In this document: positions 1 to 9,361 of the stretch, piece by piece | How positions within the stretch are numbered: position 1 is the first letter of the stretch | Layout of the letters: each line of letters begins with the position of its first letter | Source of the DNA: Candidatus Woesearchaeota archaeon | GTDB lineage: Archaea > Nanobdellota > Nanobdellia > Woesearchaeales > WJKB01 | Assembly (NCBI GenBank): GCA_014729345.1 | Contig: WJKB01000056.1 | Location: 71-64,070, forward strand | Reading direction: 5' to 3' | DNA: 64,000 nt | Program-made: the position numbers and the translations under genes | Notes under the pieces: generated by a model | The model's database searches: none | Told to the model about the DNA's origin: nothing | What the model saw: the letters and a program-made list of their open reading frames with translations, nothing else

Positions 1-13
1 AAAAGGGGTAATA

Positions 14-241
14 ATGCTGAACAAGGCGATGTTCGTGTATTTCTCTTTCCTTTTTGTGGCTGTTATAGGCTTTGTAAACCACTATCTCAGCACACTGGTG
101 CTCAACGCACTCCTCATACTCGGATTTGCAGCCTTGCTGCTCGGAGCTGTGCCCTACACTGTTGTCATGATCAGGGAGGAGAAGAAGATCAAAGCCATGC
201 TGGATAAGTTTGAGAAGAAGAATGACCAGCCAGGTAGATAA
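14..241 (+). CDS. Small two-TM membrane protein, hypothetical
   Basis: 75-aa ORF with two hydrophobic segments and a charged tail; GGGGT RBS-like sequence upstream; directly upstream of the pilin cluster. Confidence 0.6.
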   Translation: MLNKAMFVYFSFLFVAVIGFVNHYLSTLVLNALLILGFAALLLGAVPYTVVMIREEKKIKAMLDKFEKKNDQPGR

Positions 242-304
242 CAAAAAAGGTATCATGTTGAAGAAACGAAGTTACAAAAGACAATTTCAAAAGAGGTGTA
301 TAAT

Positions 305-832
305 ATGATGGACAAGAAAGGTGTATCACCGCTGATCGCGACTGTCCTGCTGATCGCTTTTGCTGTGGCTCTTGGAGCTGTTGTGATGAACTGGGGAAGG
401 GCATACGTAGAGCAGACAGCTGATGATGTCGAAGGTCAGTCAGAAACAGATATCAAATGCAGTTTTGACGTCAGCATGGAGGTTATCAGGATCGACGACG
501 TTCCCCAGCTGTGCTACTGCAACCTGAGCGATCCTGCGTATATCGAGTTTACACTGCAGAATATCGGGCGTGAGGACATAGAGGACCTTCAGCTTGTGAT
601 AATCGGGGAGTCGGGGATCGTATCTAACAGTTCCATACTCAACAAGAGTTTGGGGGCCGCTGATGTAATAAAACAGAAGCTGAAATATGACCTGGACAAG
701 GTAGGTACGATAAAGCAGATCCAGATGGTGCCTATGATAATGGAGGGGAGCAGTGTTGTGCCGTGCTCGCAGAGAAAGCTTGAGAAAGGGCTCAGGAACA
801 TCGTCAACTGCACTGGATGCGAAGCATCTTGA
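305..832 (+). CDS. Archaeal type IV pilin (class III signal peptide)
   Basis: KKG/VSPLIATVLLIAFAVALG is a canonical archaeal prepilin cleavage site plus hydrophobic helix; GAGGTG RBS before ATG 305; paired Cys. Confidence 0.88.
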   Translation: MMDKKGVSPLIATVLLIAFAVALGAVVMNWGRAYVEQTADDVEGQSETDIKCSFDVSMEVIRIDDVPQLCYCNLSDPAYIEFTLQNIGREDIEDLQLVIIGESGIVSNSSILNKSLGAADVIKQKLKYDLDKVGTIKQIQMVPMIMEGSSVVPCSQRKLEKGLRNIVNCTGCEAS

Positions 833-843
833 GACGGCTCAAG

Positions 844-1254
844 ATGCAAGCCAGAAAAATAACTCTTTTTTTGTTCTTGCTTAGTCTGTTTGTTTTCCTG
901 TCAGCATACATAGGGTTGCAGATAGTCCAGTACTACAGGTCAGCCACAAGCTACGCAGGCTCGCAGACCCCTGAATCAGTAAGATGCGTGGGCTTTTTTT
1001 TTGACGTTAAGGACGTCAGATATGCTGAAGGAGATCTCAGCTTAACTTTCAAGAACAAGCTCCTGAGCGAAGATGATATCAGGCAGATAACAGTAGAGAC
1101 TTCGGACAGCACAAGGACAGTCAATGTTACTGCGATCAGGGGGAATGAGGTCAGGGTCAGGCTCGAGGATTTTGAGATAACAGGCGGCAATATCACAGTA
1201 TATCCGTATTACTGCTCCATGTTTGCAGAAAGTTTTATGGTCCAGAGGGGATAA
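844..1254 (+). CDS. Pilin-like / minor pilin, membrane-anchored
   Basis: N-terminal basic residues plus TM helix, then a beta-rich domain with Cys pair similar to the upstream pilin; sits within the pilus cluster; start moved to ATG 844. Confidence 0.6.
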   Translation: MQARKITLFLFLLSLFVFLSAYIGLQIVQYYRSATSYAGSQTPESVRCVGFFFDVKDVRYAEGDLSLTFKNKLLSEDDIRQITVETSDSTRTVNVTAIRGNEVRVRLEDFEITGGNITVYPYYCSMFAESFMVQRG

Positions 1255-1270
1255 GAGGAAAGGTCAAAAG

Positions 1271-2026
1271 ATGGGAAATATGTTCAGCAACCGCAGGAAG
1301 CCTGGAAAGATGAGGATGCAGAGGAAGGCGCAGATATGGATATCAGTGGTCCTTTACGTGCTTATTGCGGCAGTTGTGATGGTCATAGTGCTTGAAGCAG
1401 GCATCCCCCTGCTTGAGGGTATGAGGGACAGGGCAGTATTTGAGAAGACAAAGGACAGCATGATCACGCTTGACCAGCATGTAAGAGATGTAGCTGATGA
1501 AGGGCTTGGTAGCCAGAGGTCTGTGCCTGTAGAAATCCAGCAGGGAGAGTTCATTATCGAGGATGACCGGCTCAAATGGGAGATGGACTCCAAGTCAAAG
1601 ATACTTGAGCCTAGGACGCATGTCAGTTTCGGAAACGTGATTGTGGCGTCCAACGTCGATGTGCGTACAACAGACTACGGCAGCTTTTACACTCTGGAGA
1701 ACAGCAGGCTAAAGGCGAACATCTCATCGTTCGGCTCCCCTGAAAACCATACAAGCATAAGCCTCAGCTCTCTGATCAGGGGTATAAAGCTGAAGGAGAC
1801 AGGCACTACACTTACAGGCACTTTCAGTTTTGAGATAGGGAACTCATGCACTTCCGGCACAGGCTGGACAGAGCTTGTGCCGCATGGTAATAATTCCCTT
1901 CTCGGTGATGCAGAGGTGGTGGTGCATATGAACCCCAACAGCACGTCCTGCAGTTATGACCTTGAGCTCATACTTGAGAGCCAGGCTGATTTTTTGAGGG
2001 TGGATATCAGGAATTTCAGGCCATAG
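1271..2026 (+). CDS. Type IV pilin-like protein (class III signal peptide)
   Basis: RKA/QIWISVVLYVLIAAVVMVIVL prepilin motif; the true start may be the later ATG at 1310 or 1316. Confidence 0.75.
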   Translation: MGNMFSNRRKPGKMRMQRKAQIWISVVLYVLIAAVVMVIVLEAGIPLLEGMRDRAVFEKTKDSMITLDQHVRDVADEGLGSQRSVPVEIQQGEFIIEDDRLKWEMDSKSKILEPRTHVSFGNVIVASNVDVRTTDYGSFYTLENSRLKANISSFGSPENHTSISLSSLIRGIKLKETGTTLTGTFSFEIGNSCTSGTGWTELVPHGNNSLLGDAEVVVHMNPNSTSCSYDLELILESQADFLRVDIRNFRP

Positions 2027-2240
2027 GCATCATCCAGCCAGCATGCAGCAGACGCTCCCTGAAGGCGGTCGAGCAGCCTGGAACAGGATCTGCAGCAAAA
2101 AAGAAAAGTATATAAAAAGAGCAGACAAGCATACTGATATAAAGCATTGACAGGATAGTGCATGATGTAGTGCATAATGACACATCCAGGATAGCCCGGT
2201 CTGCAGTAATGCAGGCAGAAAAAACAAAAAAGAGGATAAG

Positions 2241-3980
2241 ATGGCGCTTATAGGCAAGAAAGATATAGACAGGACAAAGGCAGAGCCTGAGCCGACAAAA
2301 GACAAGGTGACAAGGTCAGCTGCGCCTTTAGCAAGTTCGCCCTTCGGAGCGCCTTCAGGCCCGGCTGAGTATCCTCGTGAGATAGGCACAGCCAGAGTGC
2401 CGGAAGCCGCTGCAAAACCTGCAGAGAACAAGGAAAAGCCCTCTTTCTATATCGACCTGAGGCCAAGGGTAATCACCCTGCCTGAGGTAGAAGACAAGAC
2501 AAAGATAAATATCAGATACCCTCTGATTCCTCCCTTCGCTTTCGCTCATATATTCTGGGACTCCAAGAACAAGGAGGTTGTCTATCTTGTAGAGGAGCCT
2601 TCCCTTGACGATACAGAGAAAGAGATCCTAAGGCTCGTGCAGCTCGGACTTGAGGAGATGATCAACATTAGTTTCGTAAGGGCTGCAAAAATGAACATCA
2701 TACTTGAGTATCTTGAGAAGAACGTACAGTCTATCCTCATAGAACTGGGCACAAAGGTCAGCAAAGAGACCTATCAAAAGCTCATGTATTATGTCTACAG
2801 GAACAGCGTGGGCTTCAACGAGATAGAGGCCATGCTCCAGGATTATTACATAGAGGATATAGAATGCAACGGCGTCGGCTTTCCGGTTTACATTGTGCAC
2901 AGGAAGTTCCAGAATCTCAGGACAAACATAATATACAATGAAGCTTCTGAGCTATCCAACTTCGTGGAGAAGCTTGCCCAGAAAGCAGGTAGGTATGTGA
3001 GTTATGCAAAGCCCCTGCTTGACGGCACCCTCCCCGACGGATCAAGGGTAAATGCCACTTTCACAGAGGACGTGACCACAAGAGGCCCTACATTCACCAT
3101 AAGGAAGTTCACAAAAGAGCCCTGGACCCCTATCCACCTGATAGGCTTCAAGACAGGATCACCCGAGCTTTTTGCCTATTTCTGGCTGGCCATAGAGAAC
3201 AAGTTCAATATCCTTGTCATCGGGGAAACAGCCTCAGGAAAGACCACTTTCCTGAACAGTATCGCCACTTTCATACCGCCTGAAGCAAGGGTAGTCAGCA
3301 TAGAAGACACCAGGGAACTCAACCTCACGCATATCAACTGGCTTCCTGCAGTCACCAGGTCAGGCTTTGGCATCCCAGGCCTTCTCGGCAAGAGCTATGG
3401 GGAGATAACCCTCTATGACCTCCTGAGGGAAACCTTCAGGCAGAATCCTGACTATGTCATAGTGGGAGAGACCAGAGGAAAAGAGGCCTATGTGATGTTT
3501 CAGGGTATGGCTTCAGGCCATCCAAGCTTCAGCACCTTCCACGCTGCCAACGTGGAGACAGTAATCAGGAGACTGGAGACTCCGCCTATCAATCTTCCGG
3601 CCTCCTTGATCGAATCCCTTGACATAGTGGTCTCTGTGACCCATATCAAGACCCTGGAGAAGAACATAAGGAGGATGAAAGAGTGCAGGGAGATCGTCAG
3701 TGTGTCCCAGCAGATAGGCAAGGTTGATGCAAGGATGGTTTTTGAGTGGGACGCATCAAAAGACAGTATAGTATTCAACGCAAACAGCTTGATCATGGAG
3801 AAGATAACCAAAAGGACAGGCATGAGACCTGAACATGTCAATACCGAGCTTCGCAGGAGGACAGAGATACTCAAAAAGATGTCTGACAAGGGGATCACAG
3901 GTTTCAAGCAGTTCAATTCGATCATAAACCAGTATTATAAGGATCCTACCTCGGTCCTTAAGAGGTTTGGGATAAGGTAA
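2241..3980 (+). CDS. Type IV pilus assembly ATPase (VirB11/CpaF/FlaI family)
   Basis: Walker A GETASGKTT, Asp box SIEDTREL, RQNPDYVIVGETRG Walker B, His box GHPSFSTFHA. Confidence 0.95.
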   Translation: MALIGKKDIDRTKAEPEPTKDKVTRSAAPLASSPFGAPSGPAEYPREIGTARVPEAAAKPAENKEKPSFYIDLRPRVITLPEVEDKTKINIRYPLIPPFAFAHIFWDSKNKEVVYLVEEPSLDDTEKEILRLVQLGLEEMINISFVRAAKMNIILEYLEKNVQSILIELGTKVSKETYQKLMYYVYRNSVGFNEIEAMLQDYYIEDIECNGVGFPVYIVHRKFQNLRTNIIYNEASELSNFVEKLAQKAGRYVSYAKPLLDGTLPDGSRVNATFTEDVTTRGPTFTIRKFTKEPWTPIHLIGFKTGSPELFAYFWLAIENKFNILVIGETASGKTTFLNSIATFIPPEARVVSIEDTRELNLTHINWLPAVTRSGFGIPGLLGKSYGEITLYDLLRETFRQNPDYVIVGETRGKEAYVMFQGMASGHPSFSTFHAANVETVIRRLETPPINLPASLIESLDIVVSVTHIKTLEKNIRRMKECREIVSVSQQIGKVDARMVFEWDASKDSIVFNANSLIMEKITKRTGMRPEHVNTELRRRTEILKKMSDKGITGFKQFNSIINQYYKDPTSVLKRFGIR

Positions 3981-3983
3981 GAT

Positions 3984-4202
3984 ATGATGAAATCAGAAAG
4001 CATAAGGCAGTCACTTGACAGGATAGAGGCAGCTGCAGAGTATCACGATCAGCTTGGGGAAAAAGGCTCCGAGTCAGAAGCAGAGGCTCAGAACCTCAGG
4101 CTCAAGATGAAGTATGCCAGAGAACAGGTGATGAAGCAGACTCTTGAGATAAGGGAAGAGGTCGAAAAGCTGGAAGAGAAGATCAGGGAAGAGATCCGGT
4201 GA
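3984..4202 (+). CDS. Small coiled-coil protein in pilus operon
   Basis: 72-aa charged heptad-rich ORF tightly packed between the ATPase and the platform gene. Confidence 0.6.
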   Translation: MMKSESIRQSLDRIEAAAEYHDQLGEKGSESEAEAQNLRLKMKYAREQVMKQTLEIREEVEKLEEKIREEIR

Positions 4203-4226
4203 TACATCTGAGGCTCTGAGGTGGGG

Positions 4227-6260
4227 ATGAATCTCATGTTAAAGGATATCCAGCCTTTTATTTCAAAGATAGATGACCTTTTGGGAGAGATATCCACCTA
4301 TAAACGATACAAGGAAAAGCTCCTGAAAAGGCTGGACATGCTATACAGTGACTATCAGGCAGGAAAATATACATATATCCAGTACCAGAGGCTTGCTGAG
4401 AAGCTTCTCAAAGGCAAGACCAGGAAAGAATGGATAGAATACTATGACAGCTATATCTATTCCCTGCTCAAGAAGGTTGAGTACAGCAACAGCCAGATAT
4501 TCTACATAGCTTTCAAGGACAGGAGCTATCTTGAACTCTCAAAGATGAAAGTGCCTGAGAATATGCCTGTGCCTGAACCTGAAAAGGTTAGGGTTAGGAG
4601 GCCCAGGTTTGCCAGGCCAAAGAAGAAAGAGAAAAAAGAGAAACATGCAGAAAAAAGGAAAGACAAGAAACAAAAGCCTTTAGAGGTCTCAACAGAACCT
4701 GTAAGCATCAGCGCAGAGGAGGCAGAACCGATGGTTGAAGCGGCAAGGGCTGAGGAGCCTGTCGAGCCTGAAGAGATCCAGGCAGAGACCATGGAGGTAA
4801 AGCCTGAGCCCTCAAAAGCAGAAGAGCAAGCTCCTGCTGAGCCTACCCCTCCTTCTGAAGAGCCTGTCGAGATAGCTGCTGAGCAGGCAGGCAGGCCCGC
4901 AAAATCACGAAGAGTTCCATGGGAGAAAGAAGAAAAGCAGACCGCGCGCGCCGGAAAGCGCGGGGCAGAAGAGGCAGGCAGACAAGGAATGAAAAAAAAG
5001 AAGGCTGCAGGGGCTCCAAGATATACATTGTGGCAAAGGATAAGGTTCGCCTTCTCTCCCAGAGAAAAAGAGTCTGCTTTTGAGAGGATACTAACTGAAG
5101 AGGGAGAGAATGTCAAGCTCAAGAAGAAGCCTAAACTGATGAAGTTCGGGCCTGCAGATCTTGTGAAGAACATGATAGACAGGTTCAGGGCTGACAGAGA
5201 GGTTATAATCGCAGACAAGACCCTCGTCACCCATTCTGTACTTGAACTGGCCCAGATGGAAAAAGAGGAGATGAAGGCTCTCAAGGCCGCAAAGCTGGAT
5301 GTTGAAGAGCTTGCAGAAGAGGCCAAGAGGATGAGGAGGATCGCTGCTGAGAAAAAAGCCATCAAGGTCTACAAGCCTTCCCTTATAGGCACAGTATCTA
5401 ATCTCACAGTAAGGAGATTGACCCTGTTCTTTATCGACAAGTTTCCTGAATTCTTCAAGAATTTCTACACCCAGATGAGATATGCCAACATAAAGCTGCT
5501 TTCCAACACGTATATAAACATAATGTTCTTCATGACCATAGTGTCCTTCTTTGCAGCGCTTCCTCTGTGGTTCATATTCTTCTATCTAAGATTTTATCCC
5601 ATGATCATGATAATCATAAGAGGGGTGCTTATGTCATTGCTCACTTCTGCTGCAGTGGCGTTTGCCTTCTACTACTACCCTATCAGCAAGATAAACAGAA
5701 GGACAAGGGACATCAATACAAATCTTCCTTTTGCGATAGACCACATGTCAGCTGTGGCGAGCAGCGGTGTAAACCCCACTGCCATGTTCAAGCTGATCGC
5801 CATATCTGAGGAGTACGGCGATATATGCGGTGAGATACAGAAGATTGTGGATTTCATAGAGCTTTTCGGATATGATCTCATAACTGCGGTCAAGTCTATC
5901 TCATCCACCACTCCGAGCGCCAGGTTCAAGGAATTCCTTGAAGGGATAGTCAGCACCATAGAGACAGGAGGAGACATTCAGGGGTATCTTTCCCAGAAAA
6001 GCGGAGAAGCCATGCTGGCATACAGGCTTGAGAGGAAGAAGTACACAGACACTATCTCGACATATTCGGACGTCTACACAGGCATCCTCGTAGCGGCCCC
6101 GCTTTTCTTTGTGGCTGCGCTTTCGCTCGTCAGCGTGCTGGGAGGCACTATCGGAGGGTATGATGTGGACGTGCTTGTGGCTTTCGGGACATACGCGATC
6201 ATACCGCTGCTCAATATATTTTTCATAATATTCCTGGAGATAAACCAGCCCAAGGTATAG
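4227..6260 (+). CDS. Type II secretion system F / TadC-FlaJ-like pilus platform protein with long N-terminal extension
   Basis: C-terminal T2SSF signature (INTNLPFAIDHMSAVASSG, YGDICGEIQKIV, STTPSARFKEFLEGIVSTIETGGD) with several TMs; about 380-aa charged N-terminal extension. Confidence 0.88.
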   Translation: MNLMLKDIQPFISKIDDLLGEISTYKRYKEKLLKRLDMLYSDYQAGKYTYIQYQRLAEKLLKGKTRKEWIEYYDSYIYSLLKKVEYSNSQIFYIAFKDRSYLELSKMKVPENMPVPEPEKVRVRRPRFARPKKKEKKEKHAEKRKDKKQKPLEVSTEPVSISAEEAEPMVEAARAEEPVEPEEIQAETMEVKPEPSKAEEQAPAEPTPPSEEPVEIAAEQAGRPAKSRRVPWEKEEKQTARAGKRGAEEAGRQGMKKKKAAGAPRYTLWQRIRFAFSPREKESAFERILTEEGENVKLKKKPKLMKFGPADLVKNMIDRFRADREVIIADKTLVTHSVLELAQMEKEEMKALKAAKLDVEELAEEAKRMRRIAAEKKAIKVYKPSLIGTVSNLTVRRLTLFFIDKFPEFFKNFYTQMRYANIKLLSNTYINIMFFMTIVSFFAALPLWFIFFYLRFYPMIMIIIRGVLMSLLTSAAVAFAFYYYPISKINRRTRDINTNLPFAIDHMSAVASSGVNPTAMFKLIAISEEYGDICGEIQKIVDFIELFGYDLITAVKSISSTTPSARFKEFLEGIVSTIETGGDIQGYLSQKSGEAMLAYRLERKKYTDTISTYSDVYTGILVAAPLFFVAALSLVSVLGGTIGGYDVDVLVAFGTYAIIPLLNIFFIIFLEINQPKV

Positions 6261-6264
6261 CAAG

Positions 6265-7176
6265 ATGGCAGGAAAAAAGATAAGATACATCGTTTCAGCG
6301 ATTCTCGCGCTGGCCATACTAGGTATAAATATCGCCTATTACAGAGAAACAAAGTGGTTCATACCTTTGATAGTAGTAGCTGTAACTGTAGCCTGGTTCC
6401 AGTACTGGATGAGTTACTTTCTTGAGACCAGAAGACAGAAAGAGATAGAGTCCAAGTTCCCTGAGTTTGTCAGGAATCTTGCAGGTGCTATTAAGTCAGG
6501 GATGCCTGTGGGCAAGGCTATGCTGCATGTCAGTAGTACAGACTACGGCGCCCTGACCCCTTATGTCACCAAGATGGCGCACCAGACCGAATGGGCGATC
6601 CCTATCCATAAGATACTCATCAATTTTGCGAATGAGACCAGGAACAAGATCATAAAAAGGGCTGTCTCTACTGTCATAGAGGCTGAGCAGAGCGGCGGAA
6701 GCATCGAGGACGTCCTTGAGTCCATAACCAACAGCCTTATCGAGATAAAGAAGATCAAGGAAGAGAGGAGGGCAAGCATCCACGGCCAGCTGATCCAGAG
6801 CTATATCATATTCTTCGTGTTCCTGGCAGTCATGATCGTGATCCAGAACATGCTTGTCCCTTACATAGTAGGCATGCAGGAAAGCGCATCCCAAGGGCTT
6901 TTTGGGACTGCGCCTGTTGGAGCGACAGGCCTTGAGGGCATGGTCAAGGATATTGATGTTGATTTCAGCTCAATACCTATGTTCATAGAGACGATGGGAC
7001 AGTGGCTCACGTCCTTGAACGGCATATTTCTGATGCTTGCGACCATACAGGGCTTTTTTGCAGGAGTGGTCATAGGCAAGCTGTCAGAGGGAGAGCTCCG
7101 CGCAGGGATCAAGCATTCACTGATCCTGATGACAGTGGCTTTCTTTGTCATAACCCTGGCCCAGGGAGCCATGTGA
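6265..7176 (+). CDS. Type II secretion system F / TadB-C-like pilus platform protein
   Basis: IESKFPEFVRNLAGAIKSGMP, DYGALTPYV, EAEQSGGSIEDVLESI motifs and TM pattern. Confidence 0.9.
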   Translation: MAGKKIRYIVSAILALAILGINIAYYRETKWFIPLIVVAVTVAWFQYWMSYFLETRRQKEIESKFPEFVRNLAGAIKSGMPVGKAMLHVSSTDYGALTPYVTKMAHQTEWAIPIHKILINFANETRNKIIKRAVSTVIEAEQSGGSIEDVLESITNSLIEIKKIKEERRASIHGQLIQSYIIFFVFLAVMIVIQNMLVPYIVGMQESASQGLFGTAPVGATGLEGMVKDIDVDFSSIPMFIETMGQWLTSLNGIFLMLATIQGFFAGVVIGKLSEGELRAGIKHSLILMTVAFFVITLAQGAM

Positions 7177-7470
7177 AATCAGTATACGGCCTGCTTTTGC
7201 AAGCGCAATGCAGAAAATCACCAGTACAGCAGTGTTTATGGTGTACACAAGCGTCAAAAGCAGCGTGCTGAGCATACCCTCCAAGCCTGTGTAGAAGAAA
7301 AGATACCTGTGGACATTTGGGAAAGTTTCTGAAACAGCCCAGAGCTGCAGCCTTAGAGGGAGCTGCAGCATGCCTGCTGTTGTGCCTTCGATGCCACGAT
7401 GATATGACACTGATGAGCCTATGCCCCATACCAGGCCTGTGAAAAGTGCTGTAAGATTGTTTTTTTTCAT
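7117..7470 (-). CDS. Small membrane protein, hypothetical
   Basis: ATG with upstream TTTATAAA box on the minus strand; hydrophobic segments; the 3' end overlaps the convergent gene. Confidence 0.45.
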   Translation of the reverse strand: MKKNNLTALFTGLVWGIGSSVSYHRGIEGTTAGMLQLPLRLQLWAVSETFPNVHRYLFFYTGLEGMLSTLLLTLVYTINTAVLVIFCIALAKAGRILISHGSLGQGYDKESHCHQDQ

Positions 7471-7587
7471 TGTTTCATGCTGTTACCCCTTAATGATAGG
7501 GACAGTAACCCCTGAGCTTTTATAAATCTATTGTTTTGAAACAGATAAAAATAAATACTTTCATCCATTGCAGCATGATGAGGCATA

Positions 7588-8427
7588 ATGACAAGGATAG
7601 TGCTTGATCTTACCAAGACCATCGATCAGAACGCTTCTGAATATTTTGAAAAGGCCAAGAAAGCAAGAAAAAAGATGAAAGGCGCTCAGGAAGCGCTGGA
7701 GAAGAGCAGGCAGAAACTTAAGAAGGCCAGGAAAAAGAGCATGAAGGCAGAGGCTGCTGCAGAGCAAATAACTTTCCAGAAGCCCAAGCCAGAGTGGTAC
7801 GAGAAGTTCAGATGGTTCATCAGCTCAGAGGGCTTTCTGGTCATAGGAGGAAGGGACGCTACCACCAACGAGATGATCATAAAGAAACACACAAAGAGCA
7901 AAGACCTGGTATTCCACACAGACATGTCAGGAAGCCCGTTTTTCGTGATACAATCAGACAGCCTGGAAGGTAAAAGTATAGGTAAGCCTACGATACAGCA
8001 GACTGCGGACGCCACCTGCACGTTCTCAAAAGCATTTAAGCTGGGGCTGGCAAGGCAGGACGTCTTCTATGTAAAGCCCGACCAGGTGACCAAAGAGGCA
8101 AAAGCAGGAGAATACCTGCAGAAAGGAGCTTTCATGATAAAAGGAAAGACAACATATGTGGACAACAGGATCAACTGTGCTGTGGGCATCACAGAAGAGG
8201 GCAGGATCATGGCAGGTCCTGTTGAGGCTGTCAGCAAAAACTGCACAAGTTATGTCCAGATAGGACAAGGAGACCAGAAGACCAGCAGGGTGGCAAAGCT
8301 CATACAGAAAAAGATAGGGGGAGACCTTGACGACATAATAAGAGCCATGCCTACTGGAGGGTGCAGGATAGAAAGATCAGGATCAGCCAAGACCCTAAGG
8401 CCCAAGAAAGAAAAAAAATCAGACTAA
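7588..8427 (+). CDS. NFACT-R/DUF814 RNA-binding protein (short Rqc2/RqcH-like)
   Basis: LDLTKTIDQNASEYFEKAKK coiled coil, WYEKFRWFISSEGFLVIGGRDATTNE, GEYLQKGAFMIKG. Confidence 0.88.
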   Translation: MTRIVLDLTKTIDQNASEYFEKAKKARKKMKGAQEALEKSRQKLKKARKKSMKAEAAAEQITFQKPKPEWYEKFRWFISSEGFLVIGGRDATTNEMIIKKHTKSKDLVFHTDMSGSPFFVIQSDSLEGKSIGKPTIQQTADATCTFSKAFKLGLARQDVFYVKPDQVTKEAKAGEYLQKGAFMIKGKTTYVDNRINCAVGITEEGRIMAGPVEAVSKNCTSYVQIGQGDQKTSRVAKLIQKKIGGDLDDIIRAMPTGGCRIERSGSAKTLRPKKEKKSD

Positions 8428-8443
8428 AGCGCTAAAACCAAGG

Positions 8444-9271
8444 ATGGACGACCTCAAGCTTGTACTCAAGGAAAGGGAAAAAGACTCGCACAAGGGAGAG
8501 AACGGCACAGTCCTGGTGATTGGAGGCAGCAAGGATTTTGTCGGTGCTCCTGCGCTTGCAGGTCTGGCAGCTCTGCGGACAGGCATCGACCTTGTTGTGG
8601 TTGCGGCTCCTTACAGGACCGCCTGGACCATTAACACATATTCTCCTGACCTGATCACAAAAAAGCTGCACGGAGAGTTCTTTGTCAAGGCCCATGCAAG
8701 ACAGGTGTTTGACATGGTACCTAACTTTGACGTCATCTGCATAGGCAGCGGCATGGCCACCAGGCCTGAGACTGAATCATTTGTGAGGGAGGTCTGCAGC
8801 GAGGTGGTCACAAGGCCAAAGGTGATCGATGCAGACGCTATCAAGGCCCTGCATGGAATGCAAGTGGCTAACGCTGTCTTCACTCCGCATGCAAAGGAAT
8901 TCGAGATATACACTGGCCAGAAGCTTCCAGACAAGGAAAAGGAAAAGACAGATTTGCTCAAGTCTTATGCTAGCAGGGAAACGGTCTTTCTGCTGAAAGG
9001 CCCTGTTGACCTGATAACAGATGGTTCAAGGGTCAGGCGCAACACCACAGGCAATCCAGGCATGACAGTAGGAGGTACAGGCGACGTGCTCGCAGGCCTC
9101 TGCGCAGGATTGCTGGCCCACAATACAGGCGACAAGTTCCATGCAGCGTGCGCTGCTGCCTTCCTGAATGGGAAGATAGGAGATGAGCTTTACAGGAAGA
9201 TGGGTTATGGGTTTACTGCAGGGGACATGATACACGAGATACCTGCATCCATAAGCAGATGCCTGCGCTGA
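8444..9271 (+). CDS. nnrD: ADP-dependent NAD(P)H-hydrate dehydratase (YjeF C-terminal domain)
   Basis: SHKGENGTVLVIGGS, GAPALAGLAALRTG, VIDADA, TPHAKEF, GNPGMTVGGTGDVLAG. Confidence 0.93.
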   Translation: MDDLKLVLKEREKDSHKGENGTVLVIGGSKDFVGAPALAGLAALRTGIDLVVVAAPYRTAWTINTYSPDLITKKLHGEFFVKAHARQVFDMVPNFDVICIGSGMATRPETESFVREVCSEVVTRPKVIDADAIKALHGMQVANAVFTPHAKEFEIYTGQKLPDKEKEKTDLLKSYASRETVFLLKGPVDLITDGSRVRRNTTGNPGMTVGGTGDVLAGLCAGLLAHNTGDKFHAACAAAFLNGKIGDELYRKMGYGFTAGDMIHEIPASISRCLR

Positions 9272-9361
9272 CAGGGCAACATTTAAAAACCCTCAGTAGG
9301 AGTAACATTTAAAAAGCATCATCAACAGTATCTTACCAGACCACCAAAAAAGAGGAAAAAC

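Noticed and set aside
4526..5365. 279-aa minus-strand ORF
   Set aside because: Antisense shadow of the Lys/Glu-rich linker of the platform gene
305..7176. Archaellum operon
   Set aside because: No ArlH/FlaH ATPase or ArlF/G recognised; two separate TadB/C-type genes fit a type IV pilus better
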